Positions 28,339 through 37,293 of a DNA stretch of 64,000 nucleotides are shown here, in pieces. The notes under the pieces are model-generated. The model was not told the DNA's origin. It ran no database searches and saw only the letters and a list, made by a program, of their open reading frames with translations. The position numbers were made by a program, and so were the translations under genes. Source of the stretch: Gaiella sp. (GTDB lineage Bacteria; Actinomycetota; Thermoleophilia; Gaiellales; Gaiellaceae); the NCBI RefSeq assembly GCF_035710885.1, contig NZ_DASTCS010000038.1, positions 14,273-78,272 on the forward strand, written 5' to 3'. Each line of letters opens with the position of its first letter. Position 1 is the stretch's first letter.

Positions 28339-29268
28339 ATGCGCGTCGGGGCCGTCGACCTCGGAACGAACACCACCCGCCTGCTCGTCGCCGATGTCGA
28401 CGACGGGCGGCTCGACGTGGTGGTGCGCCGCGAGGAGATCACGCGCCTCGGTGAGTCGGTCGACCGTCGGCGGATCCTCCTCCCCATCGCGATCGCTCGC
28501 GTGAGGAACGTCCTCGTCGACTACCGGCGCGAGGCCGAGAGCCTCGGGGCCGAGCGCGTGCTCGCGGTCGCGACGAGCGCGGTCCGGGACGCCGACAACG
28601 GGGAGGCGTTCCTGGGCGAGGTGGAGTGGAGCTACGGATTCACCACCCGTCTGCTGGACGGCGGCGAGGAGGCGGAGCTCATGTTGCGCGGGGTCGCGAA
28701 CGACCGTCGGCTGGACACGGGGACGCTGGTGATCGACATCGGCGGCGGCTCCACCGAGCTCGTCACCCCTGGCTCCGACCGGATCTCCTGGGCAGTCAGC
28801 ACGGAGGCGGGCAGCGTACGCCTGACGGAGCGCTTTCTTCTCTCGGACCCGCCCGCGCCCGAAGAGCTCGACGCATGCGCCGCCCACGTCCGCTCGCTCC
28901 TCCCGGACCTCGCCGTGAGCCAAGCGGTCGGCGTGGCGGGTACCGTCACCACCGCCGCGGCGATCGCGCTCCGGGGCCCTCAGACGGTTCACGGCAGGCA
29001 GATCACGCGCGACTCCGTCGCCGCGATCACGGAGCAACTGGCGTCGATGCCGCTCATCGAACGCGAGCGCGTGCGCGGCCTCGCTCCCGCGCGTGCGCCG
29101 GTGATCGTCGCCGGGCTGATAGCGCTGCGCGAGATCCTGGATCGCTACGGGCTCCACGCGATCGACGTGAGCGAGCGCGACCTCCTCGACGGCGCGGCCC
29201 TCGCCGCGGCCGAGCTTCCGGAGCCCGAGGAGGGCGCGGTCCCCCCGATGGCGTTCACTTGCTGTTGA
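28339..29268 (+). CDS. Ppx/GppA family phosphatase (exopolyphosphatase / pppGpp phosphohydrolase)
   Basis: 309 aa. MRVGAVDLGTNTTRLLVADV (ASKHA phosphate-1 motif) and VIDIGGGSTEL (phosphate-2). Confidence 0.85.
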   Translation: MRVGAVDLGTNTTRLLVADVDDGRLDVVVRREEITRLGESVDRRRILLPIAIARVRNVLVDYRREAESLGAERVLAVATSAVRDADNGEAFLGEVEWSYGFTTRLLDGGEEAELMLRGVANDRRLDTGTLVIDIGGGSTELVTPGSDRISWAVSTEAGSVRLTERFLLSDPPAPEELDACAAHVRSLLPDLAVSQAVGVAGTVTTAAAIALRGPQTVHGRQITRDSVAAITEQLASMPLIERERVRGLAPARAPVIVAGLIALREILDRYGLHAIDVSERDLLDGAALAAAELPEPEEGAVPPMAFTCC

Positions 29269-30241
29269 GTGCGGCCAGCAGCCCCTGCACGTACCCCACG
29301 GCGTGCAGCCTGCCGAGCGTCGGATAGCCCGGGACGCTCCAGCTGTCGCCGGCCAGGGCGGGCGAGTGGTCGGTGCGCAGCGGCGCCTCCACCCCGCTCT
29401 CGAGATACGCGCGGACGCATGCCGCCATGTCGGTCGGCCCTTCGTCCACGAACGTCTCCACGAACCGCTCCGGCGTCCCGCGGACGTCTCGGAAGTGCAC
29501 GAAATGGATCCTGCCCTGCGACCCGAAGCGGCGGATCGCGGCCGGGAGGTCGTCCGTCATCAGGCAGACGTTGCCCTGGCAGAGCGCCATGCCGTTCACC
29601 GGGCTCGGCTGAAGGGCGAAGACGCGGTCGTACGCGTCGAGCGAGCGGATGATGCGCCCGATCCCGCGCAGCGGCGAGAGCGGCGGGTCGTCCGGGTGCA
29701 GCGCGAGGCGGACTCCTGCCTCCTCTGCCACCGGGACGGCACGCTCGAGAAACCACGCGAGGCTCTCCCAGAGCGCGTCCTCCTCGACAGGCGCCTCGGG
29801 GGCATCGGGGCCGTCGGCCCAGGCCGCCAGGTCGAAGCCGCTGACCGACGCTCCGCCCCGTCCAGTGAGTGCGGTCGACGTGCGTGACCACGGGACGATC
29901 GCCATCCAGTTGTAACAGAGCACCTCGATCCCGAGCCTCCCCATGTTCCGCAGAAGCTCGAGCACGTGCTCCAGCTCCTCCTCGCGCCCCGGCGCGCCCA
30001 GTCGGAGGCGATCCATCGGCGGGTTGTCCTCGAGCACCGTGAGGCGCAGGCCGGCGTCCTCGACGGCTCGGCGGAGGAGCGCCAGTGGCCCGTACGCCCA
30101 GGGCGGCTCGGCCGCATGGCCGCGCCAGTCCGTCGCACCGCGGGGGAGGACGCCGACCGCCTCCTCGACCCCGATCTGGCGCAGCTGGGCCCACGTCGCA
30201 TCGGGCCGCGGCTCGAGCAGGATCTCGGCGAGTCGCAGCAT
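29255..30241 (-). CDS. Mannonate dehydratase (UxuA)-like TIM-barrel protein
   Basis: 328 aa. GIEVLCYNWMAIVPWSRTS resembles the UxuA motif VCYNFMPVLDWTRT; GRIHFVHFRDV resembles the UxuA IHFxHLRx motif. Its 3' end overlaps the Ppx 3' end by 14 nt (convergent). Confidence 0.65.
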   Translation of the reverse strand: MLRLAEILLEPRPDATWAQLRQIGVEEAVGVLPRGATDWRGHAAEPPWAYGPLALLRRAVEDAGLRLTVLEDNPPMDRLRLGAPGREEELEHVLELLRNMGRLGIEVLCYNWMAIVPWSRTSTALTGRGGASVSGFDLAAWADGPDAPEAPVEEDALWESLAWFLERAVPVAEEAGVRLALHPDDPPLSPLRGIGRIIRSLDAYDRVFALQPSPVNGMALCQGNVCLMTDDLPAAIRRFGSQGRIHFVHFRDVRGTPERFVETFVDEGPTDMAACVRAYLESGVEAPLRTDHSPALAGDSWSVPGYPTLGRLHAVGYVQGLLAALNSK

Positions 30242-30245
30242 CGGC

Positions 30246-31040
30246 TCAGAACCGCTTCACGGCGAGGAAGCCGCCGTCGGCGACGATCGTCGTGCCCGTC
30301 ACGTATCCGGCCTGGTCGGAGACGAGGAACACCACGACGTCGGCCACCTCTTCGACCGTCCCGATCCGGCCGAGCGCGTTGGCGGCGCGCACGCTGTCCA
30401 GGAAGCTCGTCGCATCCGCCGTGTTCATGCCGTCGAGGTCCCGCGCGAGCATCGGCGTGTCGATCGTGCCCGGCGCGATCGCGTTGACCCGGATCCCGTG
30501 CTCGCCGACCTCGACCGCCAGCGCGCGTGCCGCTGCGACCAGCCCGGCCTTGGCGGCGCCGTAGGCCACGCACCCGCGCAGCGTGGTGTACGCCTGGACT
30601 GAGGAAACGAAGACGATGCTCCCTCCGCCCCGGGCCCGGAGCGCGGGGATCGCCTCCCGCGCGCACAGGAGCGCGCCCTTGAGGTCGACATCGATGACGC
30701 GGTGCAGATCGTCCTCTGCCATCTCCTCGAGCTCGGCATACAGGCCGACGGCCGCGTTGGCGACCATGACGTCGAGACCGCCGAAGGCCGAGACCGCGTC
30801 GTCCATGATGCGCCGGACATCCGCGCTGCGCCGCACGTCGCCGACGCATGCCATCCCCTCCGACCCTGCCGCTCGCACGAGGTCGAGGGTCCCGTCGAGC
30901 CCTCCCGACTCGACGTCGTTGACCACCACCCGCGCTCCCGCAGCGGCGAGCGCGGCCGCGATCCCGCGCCCGATGCCCGAACCGGCGCCGGTGACGGCGG
31001 CGACCTTCCCCTCGATCGGCACGGCCGCATCATCCACCAT
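30246..31040 (-). CDS. SDR family oxidoreductase
   Basis: 264 aa from ATG 31040. TGAGSGIGRG (TGxxxGxG), NAAV, catalytic YGAAKAG (YxxxK). The rest of track ORF 30246..32168 is a false extension. Confidence 0.9.
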   Translation of the reverse strand: MVDDAAVPIEGKVAAVTGAGSGIGRGIAAALAAAGARVVVNDVESGGLDGTLDLVRAAGSEGMACVGDVRRSADVRRIMDDAVSAFGGLDVMVANAAVGLYAELEEMAEDDLHRVIDVDLKGALLCAREAIPALRARGGGSIVFVSSVQAYTTLRGCVAYGAAKAGLVAAARALAVEVGEHGIRVNAIAPGTIDTPMLARDLDGMNTADATSFLDSVRAANALGRIGTVEEVADVVVFLVSDQAGYVTGTTIVADGGFLAVKRF

Positions 31041-31090
31041 CCGAGCGCCGCGGCCCGCGGACAGCTCGCAGTCCTGCTCGTGACCGACGA

Positions 31091-31118
31091 CCGGCTCCGT
31101 GCTGCTCCACGGAGCCGG
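31091..31118 (-). terminator. Hairpin downstream of the PAP2 gene (terminator-like)
   Basis: CCGGCTCCGTG-(6 nt)-CACGGAGCCGG, 11-bp perfect stem, 48 nt after the PAP2 stop. No clear U-tract. Confidence 0.4.
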
Positions 31119-31165
31119 GGAGACGTATGTGGCAACGGCAAGAACGGAGCGGTGCTCCGGCGCCA

Positions 31166-32020
31166 TCAGGTCTGCAGACGTCGTCCCCGGCTCGCGATGG
31201 TCGTTGCATCGGCGAGGACGCGGAGCATGGCGGCACGTCGAGGGGCGAGGAAGGGGCGGGGATGCGCGGCGAGCCGCGGGGCGAGGTGCATGACGCCGGC
31301 CACCGTCGCGGCGATTGCAGCGCCGGCGACGGCGTCGAGCACGAAGTGGTTTCCGGTGGCCATCACGGCGACCACCATCACGGCGGGATGCGCGGCGAAC
31401 AGGAACCGCGGGAGCCGCCGCCTGGCGGCCCGGAAGCCAGCGAGCCCGACGAGGAGGCTCCAGCCGACATGCATGCTGGGCATCGCCGCATACGGGTTGA
31501 AGCGGACGCCCGCGAAGGAGCCGGTGTCGTGGCTCGAGAGGCCGACGGTGTCCGCGATGCCGAGGTCGGGGATCAGGCGCGGCGGCGCGGCCGGGAAGAG
31601 GACGAACACGACCGTGGCGATCGAGATCGAGACGAGCGGCGCGGTACGCAGCTCGCGGTAGCACTGCCGGTGGCGGAGCGCGAGCCACACGAGGGTGGCG
31701 GCGATCAGCGGCGCGAAACCGGCCATGTAGTAGGCGGAGAAGAACGACTCGAGGGTGGAGAGCGCGTCCTGCACCGTCGCCTCGTGGAAGATGCGAAGCG
31801 CGCTCTCGGCAGCGGCGATCTCGCGTCCGTTCCGCAGCGCCTCGTCGGGGCTGCCGATGGTCGCGCCCCGGACGGCGAGATACGCCGCGTACAACGCCGC
31901 CCAGACCGCGAGCTCGAACGCCGCGAACCGGAGCAGGCCGGTGCGGAGCAATTCGGCGCCTGCCGCGCGTGGCGGGCGTCCGCCGCGCTGCAGGAGTGCG
32001 AGTGAGGCCTGGTAGATCAC
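31166..32020 (-). CDS. PAP2-superfamily membrane protein (PAP2_C / inositolphosphoryl-transferase-like)
   Basis: 284 aa, about 6 TM. NPYAAMPSMHVGWSLL and NHFVLDAVAG resemble PAP2 C2/C3-type motifs. Confidence 0.65.
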   Translation of the reverse strand: MIYQASLALLQRGGRPPRAAGAELLRTGLLRFAAFELAVWAALYAAYLAVRGATIGSPDEALRNGREIAAAESALRIFHEATVQDALSTLESFFSAYYMAGFAPLIAATLVWLALRHRQCYRELRTAPLVSISIATVVFVLFPAAPPRLIPDLGIADTVGLSSHDTGSFAGVRFNPYAAMPSMHVGWSLLVGLAGFRAARRRLPRFLFAAHPAVMVVAVMATGNHFVLDAVAGAAIAATVAGVMHLAPRLAAHPRPFLAPRRAAMLRVLADATTIASRGRRLQT

Positions 32021-32050
32021 TCCTGGAGCTTGGCCCTGCCCCGGCGCGGG

Positions 32051-32086
32051 GACATCGGTGCGCCACCCTGATCCCGCACCCTGATC
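32051..32086. repeat. Left arm of a 36-bp inverted repeat (IR-L)
   Basis: GACATCGGTGCGCCACCCTGATCCCGCACCCTGATC. Contains the 11-mer CACCCTGATCC twice in tandem. Confidence 0.9.
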
Positions 32087-32310
32087 CGCGGGCCCGGCTC
32101 GTCCCCGAGCCGTCGTACGGTGGAGCCTGGCCGTTCTCCGTCGCCGCGAGCACGCGGCGCCCCGTCACCGCGAGATGCCTCGCGCGAGGCCGCGATCTTC
32201 CCCATCACCCCGGAGGGTGAGGAGCTGCCTCCGGGCCCACCCGCGGGTGACGACGAGGACACCGCTCAGGCGCGACGCGGGCCGCAGTCGGCCTTCGTAC
32301 GCTCGCTGCC

Positions 32311-32430
32311 ATGGACGCGACCATCGAGACGCACGGGCCGGCGAAGCGCTACGGCGGGACGTTCGCCGTGGACGATCTCTCGATCGCGGTGCGGTCCGGC
32401 CGTGATGTGCGCGCCGCCCCGAAACCGTAG
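32311..32430 (+). pseudogene. Remnant of an ABC transporter ATP-binding gene (N-terminal ~30 codons only)
   Basis: Translates MDATIETHGPAKRYGGTFAVDDLSIAVRSGRDVRAAPKP*. The first ~31 aa match the usual ABC-ATPase N-terminus (IE..GL.KRYGG..AVDDLS..V..G). It diverges exactly where Walker A should begin, then stops. Confidence 0.55.
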
Positions 32431-32471
32431 GCGCGTCCCCCGGCCCCCCGCATCGGAGGGCCGTGCCGAGA

Positions 32472-32507
32472 GATCAGGGTGCGGGATCAGGGTGGCGCCC
32501 CGATGTC
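32472..32507. repeat. Right arm of the 36-bp inverted repeat (IR-R)
   Basis: GATCAGGGTGCGGGATCAGGGTGGCGCCCCGATGTC is the reverse complement of IR-L with one mismatch (32059 T versus the complement of 32499). Confidence 0.9.
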
Positions 32508-32604
32508 AGGGGGCGCGCGGAAGCGCAGCCTCCAGCTCATGGATCAACGAGGGCGAGATCGCGTCACACGACCGAGACCGACGCCCCGTCAACGAGGAGG
32601 AGCC

Positions 32605-32895
32605 ATGAGCTCGAGCGTCATCACCATCGAGGAAGCGCGGAGCAACCAGACCGGATGGACCGAGCTCGCGAGCCGCGGCAACGACGGCCTCGAGGTCTCC
32701 CTCCTCTGGAACCAGGCGACCGACCGCGTGAAGGTCACCGTCGCCGACTCGAAGCTCGACGACGCGTTCGAGCTCCACGTCCCGGGCGCCGAGGCGCTCG
32801 AGGCGTTCAACCACCCGTTCGCGTTCGCGGCGAACCGCGGCTTCGGCTTCGGCGGCGCGTTCAGCGAGTCCCACGACCTGCAGCTGCAGGACTGA
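32605..32895 (+). CDS. Small acidic hypothetical protein upstream of the MMPL gene
   Basis: 96 aa from ATG 32605, with GAGGAGGA 4 nt upstream. No TM segment. LEVSLLWNQATDRVKVTVADSKLDDAFELHVPGAEALEAFNHPFAFA looks like a conserved small-protein family I cannot name. Confidence 0.7.
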   Translation: MSSSVITIEEARSNQTGWTELASRGNDGLEVSLLWNQATDRVKVTVADSKLDDAFELHVPGAEALEAFNHPFAFAANRGFGFGGAFSESHDLQLQD

Positions 32896-32914
32896 ACCCG
32901 AAAGGAGCACTGCC

Positions 32915-35146
32915 GTGTCACCTCTCAAGCAATCAAGGAGCTTCGCCGCCCGGATGGGCGGCTGGAGCGCGAGTCACTGGAAGACCGCCGTCTTCGGCTG
33001 GCTGGCGTTCGTCGTCGTGTCGGTCTTCGTCTCGATGCAGCTCGGGACGACGTTCATCGACCAGAACGAGGCGAACGTCGGCGAGTCCCGGAAGGCCGAC
33101 CAGATCATCGATCGCGCCGGCTTCAACGTCGACGCGAACGGCGAGACGATCGAGGAGCAGGGCGAGATGGTGCTCCTGCAGTCGAAGACGCTCACCGTGC
33201 AGGATCCCGCCTTCCGGGCCGCGATCCAGGACGCCGTCAGGACGGTGCGCTCGTTCCCCGAGGCGCAGAAGCTGAAGTCGCCGCTCGCCGTGGCTCACCC
33301 GGACCTCGTGTCACAGGACGGGCGCTCGGCGATGGTGCAGTTCACGCCCGAGGGGACCTACGAGGAAGCGATCCTCTACATCGACGAGATCGTCGCGGCG
33401 GTCGACAAGGTCGAGGCCCGTCATCCGGGCTTCTCGATCGAGTCGCTCGGCGTCTCGAGCGAGAAGGCGATCGACGCGGAGATCCAGGGCGGCCTCGCCA
33501 AGGCCGGCCTCCTCTCGATCCCGCTGACCATCCTGATCCTGCTGGTCGTGCTGCGCTCGCTCGTCGCGGCGCTGATCCCGCTCCTGCTCGGCGTCACCGC
33601 CGTCATGGCGACCATGGGCCCGCTCGCCCTCTCCAGCAAGCTCATCCCGGCGAGCGAGAACATCATGGAGGTCGTCCTCCTGATCGGCCTCGCGGTCGGC
33701 GTGGACTACGCGTTGTTCTACATGCGCCGCGAACGGCAGGAACGGGCGGCGGGCCGCTCCGAGCGGGCCGCTCTCGAGGCAGCCGCCGCGACCTCCGGCC
33801 GTGCCGTGCTCGTGTCGGGCGTAACCGTCCTGATCGCGATGGCGGGCATGTTCCTGTCCGGCGACAAGACGTTCATGTCGTTCTCCGTCGGGACGATGGT
33901 CGTCGTCGCAGTGGCGATGATCGCCTCGCTCACCGTCCTGCCGGCGGTCATCGGGCGGCTCGGAGACAAGGTCGAGAAGGGCAAGGTCCCGTTCGTCGCC
34001 CGGCGACGCAGGAGCGAGAGCCGGCTCTGGGGCGCCGTCATCGACCGTGTCCTCCGGCGTCCGCTCGTCTCGGCCCTCGCCGCCGCCGCCGTGCTCGTGG
34101 CGCTGGCACTGCCGGCACTCCAGCTGCACACGTCACAGACGGGCATCGAGGGCTTCAGGAGCCCGGCCGTCGAGCCGTTCGAGCGGCTGACCGCGGCGTT
34201 CCCCGGCGCACCCGAGCCGGCGGTCCTCGCGATCGAGGCCGACGACGTCACGTCTCCGGCCGTCCGTGACGCAGTCGCGGACCTGGAGCGGAAGGCGCTC
34301 GCGACCGGCGAGATGAACCCGCCGATCGACGTCGAGACCAACCGCGACGGCACCGTCACCCGGGTCGAGATCCCGCTCGCCGGGAACGGCACGGACAACG
34401 AGTCCACGGCAGCGCTCGCCACCCTGCGTGACGACCTGCTGCCACAGACGCTCGGGCAGGTGGACGGCGTGGACTACGCCGTCACCGGCATGACCGCGAA
34501 CTCCCGGGACTTCAACGAGTCCCAGACGAGCTCGGCACCGAAGGTGTTCGGCTTCGTGCTCCTGTTCGCGTTCGGCCTGCTGCTCGTCTCGTTCCGCTCG
34601 ATCGTGATCGCGCTCAAGGCGATCGTCCTCAACCTGCTGTCCGTGGCGGCCGCCTACGGCGTCCTCGTCGCGATCTTCCAGTGGGGCTGGGGCGAGAACC
34701 TGCTCGACTTCGAGTCGAACGGCGGAATCGCGAACTGGCTGCCCATGTTCATGTTCGTGATCCTGTTCGGGCTCTCGATGGACTATCACGTGTTCATCCT
34801 GAGCCGGATCCGCGAGGCGTACGACCGCGGCCTCGAGACGGACGACGCGATCTCGTACGGGATCCGCTCGACGGCCGGTGTGGTGACGAGCGCGGCAGTC
34901 GTGATGGTGGCGGTGTTCGCCGTCTTCGTCACCCTCCCGCTCGTCGATCTCAAGGAGATGGGGCTCGGCCTGGCGGTCGCGGTCCTGATCGACGCGACGA
35001 TCGTCCGAGCCGTGCTCCTGCCGGCGACGATGAAGCTGCTCGGCGACGCCAACTGGTACCTGCCCTCGTGGCTTCAGTGGCTGCCCCGGTTGGAGCACGA
35101 GCGTGCTCCGGCGCCTGAGCCCGAGCCCGCTCCCGCCGCCGCCTGA
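32915..35146 (+). CDS. MMPL family (RND superfamily) transporter
   Basis: 743 aa. Two 6-TM bundles, each preceded by a periplasmic-type domain. Typical MMPL stretches GVDYALFYMRRERQE and GLSMDYHVFILSRIREA. Confidence 0.9.
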   Translation: MSPLKQSRSFAARMGGWSASHWKTAVFGWLAFVVVSVFVSMQLGTTFIDQNEANVGESRKADQIIDRAGFNVDANGETIEEQGEMVLLQSKTLTVQDPAFRAAIQDAVRTVRSFPEAQKLKSPLAVAHPDLVSQDGRSAMVQFTPEGTYEEAILYIDEIVAAVDKVEARHPGFSIESLGVSSEKAIDAEIQGGLAKAGLLSIPLTILILLVVLRSLVAALIPLLLGVTAVMATMGPLALSSKLIPASENIMEVVLLIGLAVGVDYALFYMRRERQERAAGRSERAALEAAAATSGRAVLVSGVTVLIAMAGMFLSGDKTFMSFSVGTMVVVAVAMIASLTVLPAVIGRLGDKVEKGKVPFVARRRRSESRLWGAVIDRVLRRPLVSALAAAAVLVALALPALQLHTSQTGIEGFRSPAVEPFERLTAAFPGAPEPAVLAIEADDVTSPAVRDAVADLERKALATGEMNPPIDVETNRDGTVTRVEIPLAGNGTDNESTAALATLRDDLLPQTLGQVDGVDYAVTGMTANSRDFNESQTSSAPKVFGFVLLFAFGLLLVSFRSIVIALKAIVLNLLSVAAAYGVLVAIFQWGWGENLLDFESNGGIANWLPMFMFVILFGLSMDYHVFILSRIREAYDRGLETDDAISYGIRSTAGVVTSAAVVMVAVFAVFVTLPLVDLKEMGLGLAVAVLIDATIVRAVLLPATMKLLGDANWYLPSWLQWLPRLEHERAPAPEPEPAPAAA

Positions 35147-35216
35147 CCCGAGCCACCACGCGCTCCGGCCTCCTTGGAGGCCGGGGCGCCTTCCCCGTGA
35201 ACGAAAGGAGCCTCCG

Positions 35217-36536
35217 ATGTCGATGTCCGCCGCCCAGACCCCTCCCGCACGACTTGCCACCGTCGCGTCGCACGCGCTGAGCGTGCTCCGCGACGAGACG
35301 AAGCTCGTCCGGCTCGCGATCGGGCTCGCCGCGATCCCGATCCTCGACGACAACTTCCTCCACCCGGCGCCCGGGACCGGGGCCGGGGACCACCTCCTGA
35401 GCGGCCTCGTCCCGCTCGCGGTCCTTGCAGCCGTCGCGGTCGTCTACCCTCGCCTTCGGGCCGGGCTCCGGGCCGCGACCGCGATGACACTCGGCGCGAT
35501 CGTCGTCGTGATCGGAGCGCCCGGCGTCTACTACCTGCGGGACGGGAGCGCCGCCTTCGACCACTACACGGCGCTGCTCGGCTTCCCGGCCGGGCTGATC
35601 CTGCTCGCGTCCGGGCCAATGACCCTCTGGAAGGCCCGCCGGAGGGGCGGAAGCCGCCGGAGGCGGTACGCGCTGCGCGCGTCGAGCGTCGCGATCGCGG
35701 CCGTCTCCGCCCCGCTGCTCTTCGCCCTCGTCGTCTTCCCGATCGCCTTCCCGTACGGCTACTCGCACATCGGGAAGACGACCCCGATCCCGGCGCTCGG
35801 CCTCGGCGAGGAGCGGGTGACGGTGACGACGAGCGACTCCCTCGAGCTCGAGGCGGTCTACGTGCCGTCGCGGAACGGCGCGGCGATGGTCGTCTACCCG
35901 GGAGCGGGACGGACGGACGTCGGCCGGATGCTCGCCCGCCACGGCTACGGCGTGCTGCTCCTCGAGCCGCGCGGGCAGGGCGGCAGCGAGGGCGACGTCG
36001 TGCGCTGGGCCGGCGACACCGACATCATCGCCGGGGCCGAGTACCTCCGGAGCCGCCACGACGTCCAGGACGACCGGGTCGGCGCGATCGGCTTCTCGAT
36101 CGGGGGCGAGCAGCTGCTCGAGGCCGCCGCCCGCTCGACGGCGATCAAGGCCGTCGTCTCGGAGGGCGCGGGCGGACGCGTGGGCGAGACCCGGTCATCG
36201 GGGATCCTCGAGCCCCTCGTCGACACCTCGATGCTCGTGATGACGACCGCGGCGAGCGTCTTCCAGAACCACGGCCCGCACCCGCGGATCGAGGAGCGCA
36301 TCGGGCTGATCGCGCCCCGCCCCGTCTTCCTCATCTACGCCGTGCCGGGCATGGGCGAGGAGGACATCAGGCAGCCGGCGTTCTACGCAGCGGCGGGCGA
36401 GCCGAAGGCGATGTGGCGGGTGCCGGGCTCGAGCCACACCGGCGGCATCGAGGCGCGGCCGGCGGAGTACGAGCGACGCGTGGTCGCGTTCCTCGACCGG
36501 TCGCTGCTCGCGGAGGGAGCGCACCGCTCCGGTTGA
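35217..36536 (+). CDS. Membrane-anchored alpha/beta hydrolase (dienelactone-hydrolase/peptidase S9-like C-terminal domain)
   Basis: 439 aa. AAAGGAG lies 6 nt upstream of ATG 35217. N-terminal ~190 aa has about 5 TM segments. C-terminal domain has nucleophile elbow GFSIGG. Hairpin CCGGCCTCC-TT-GGAGGCCGG lies in the 70-nt gap after the MMPL gene. Confidence 0.8.
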   Translation: MSMSAAQTPPARLATVASHALSVLRDETKLVRLAIGLAAIPILDDNFLHPAPGTGAGDHLLSGLVPLAVLAAVAVVYPRLRAGLRAATAMTLGAIVVVIGAPGVYYLRDGSAAFDHYTALLGFPAGLILLASGPMTLWKARRRGGSRRRRYALRASSVAIAAVSAPLLFALVVFPIAFPYGYSHIGKTTPIPALGLGEERVTVTTSDSLELEAVYVPSRNGAAMVVYPGAGRTDVGRMLARHGYGVLLLEPRGQGGSEGDVVRWAGDTDIIAGAEYLRSRHDVQDDRVGAIGFSIGGEQLLEAAARSTAIKAVVSEGAGGRVGETRSSGILEPLVDTSMLVMTTAASVFQNHGPHPRIEERIGLIAPRPVFLIYAVPGMGEEDIRQPAFYAAAGEPKAMWRVPGSSHTGGIEARPAEYERRVVAFLDRSLLAEGAHRSG

Positions 36537-36548
36537 TCGCCGAGCTCT

Positions 36549-36583
36549 CCCCGGGCGGGTCGCCGAGACGCGACCGCCCGGGG
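36549..36583. terminator. Hairpin between convergent hydrolase (+) and narI (-) genes
   Basis: CCCCGGGCGGGTCGC-(6 nt)-GCGACCGCCCGGGG, 14 bp with one bulged G. Confidence 0.55.
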
Positions 36584-36591
36584 CGGGCCGC

Positions 36592-37293
36592 TCAGCGCAG
36601 AGCAGTGCGGGTCGCGCCGCGCTTCGCGCGGTAGACGATCGGCGAGCGCGCGAGGTACCCGACCGGGACGCTCCAGACGTGCACGAGCCGGGTGTACGGC
36701 CAGACCGCGTAGAGGAGCCAGGCGACCGTGACGTGCGCCTGGTAGACGAACGGCGCCTCGACCATCAGCGACCCCTTCGGGTCGAGCGTGAAGACGCTGC
36801 GGAACCAGGGGGAGACGGTCTCGCGGTAGTGGTACTCGTCGAGCAGGCCGCCCACGAACGTGCACAGCATCCCGAGCACGATCGTGACGAGGAGCAGCGG
36901 GTACATCACCCAGTCGCTGCGAAGGGTCGTCGCGCGGACGCGGTCGATCCTGAGACGCCGGTAGACGAGCAAGAGCGCCCCGAGGCAGAGCAGGAGCCCG
37001 GCGGCGCCGCCGACGATCACGGCCATCCAGTGGTAGAAGCCGTCGGAGATGCCGACCGCCCTCGTCCACGAATCGGGCACGAGGATCCCGATCACGTGGC
37101 CGCCGATCACCCCGAGGATGCCGAAGTGGAAGGCGAGGCTGCCCACGAGCAGCAGGCGCCGCTCGAGAAGCTGTGTCGAACGCGCGGTCCAGGTGTAGCC
37201 GTCGCGGCGGTAGCGCCAGACGTGCCCGACGACGAAGCTCGTCAGCGCGATGTAGGGCAGCAGCACCCACAGAAGCGTGTCCCAGCGACTCAC
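36592..37293 (-). CDS. narI: Respiratory nitrate reductase gamma subunit
   Basis: 233 aa from GTG 37293. WDTLLWVLLPYIALTSFVVGHVWRYRRDGYTWTARSTQLLE...LAFHFGILGVIGGHVIG (heme-ligand His pattern). Start overlaps the narJ stop (GTGA). Confidence 0.9.
   Translation of the reverse strand: MSRWDTLLWVLLPYIALTSFVVGHVWRYRRDGYTWTARSTQLLERRLLLVGSLAFHFGILGVIGGHVIGILVPDSWTRAVGISDGFYHWMAVIVGGAAGLLLCLGALLLVYRRLRIDRVRATTLRSDWVMYPLLLVTIVLGMLCTFVGGLLDEYHYRETVSPWFRSVFTLDPKGSLMVEAPFVYQAHVTVAWLLYAVWPYTRLVHVWSVPVGYLARSPIVYRAKRGATRTALR

Noticed and set aside
31041-32168. 5' extension of ORF 30246..32168 (640 aa) across the PAP2 gene region
   Set aside because: SDR homology begins at ATG 31040 with the TGxxxGxG motif 15 residues later. 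The upstream part is out of frame with the PAP2 membrane protein and is Arg/Pro-rich.
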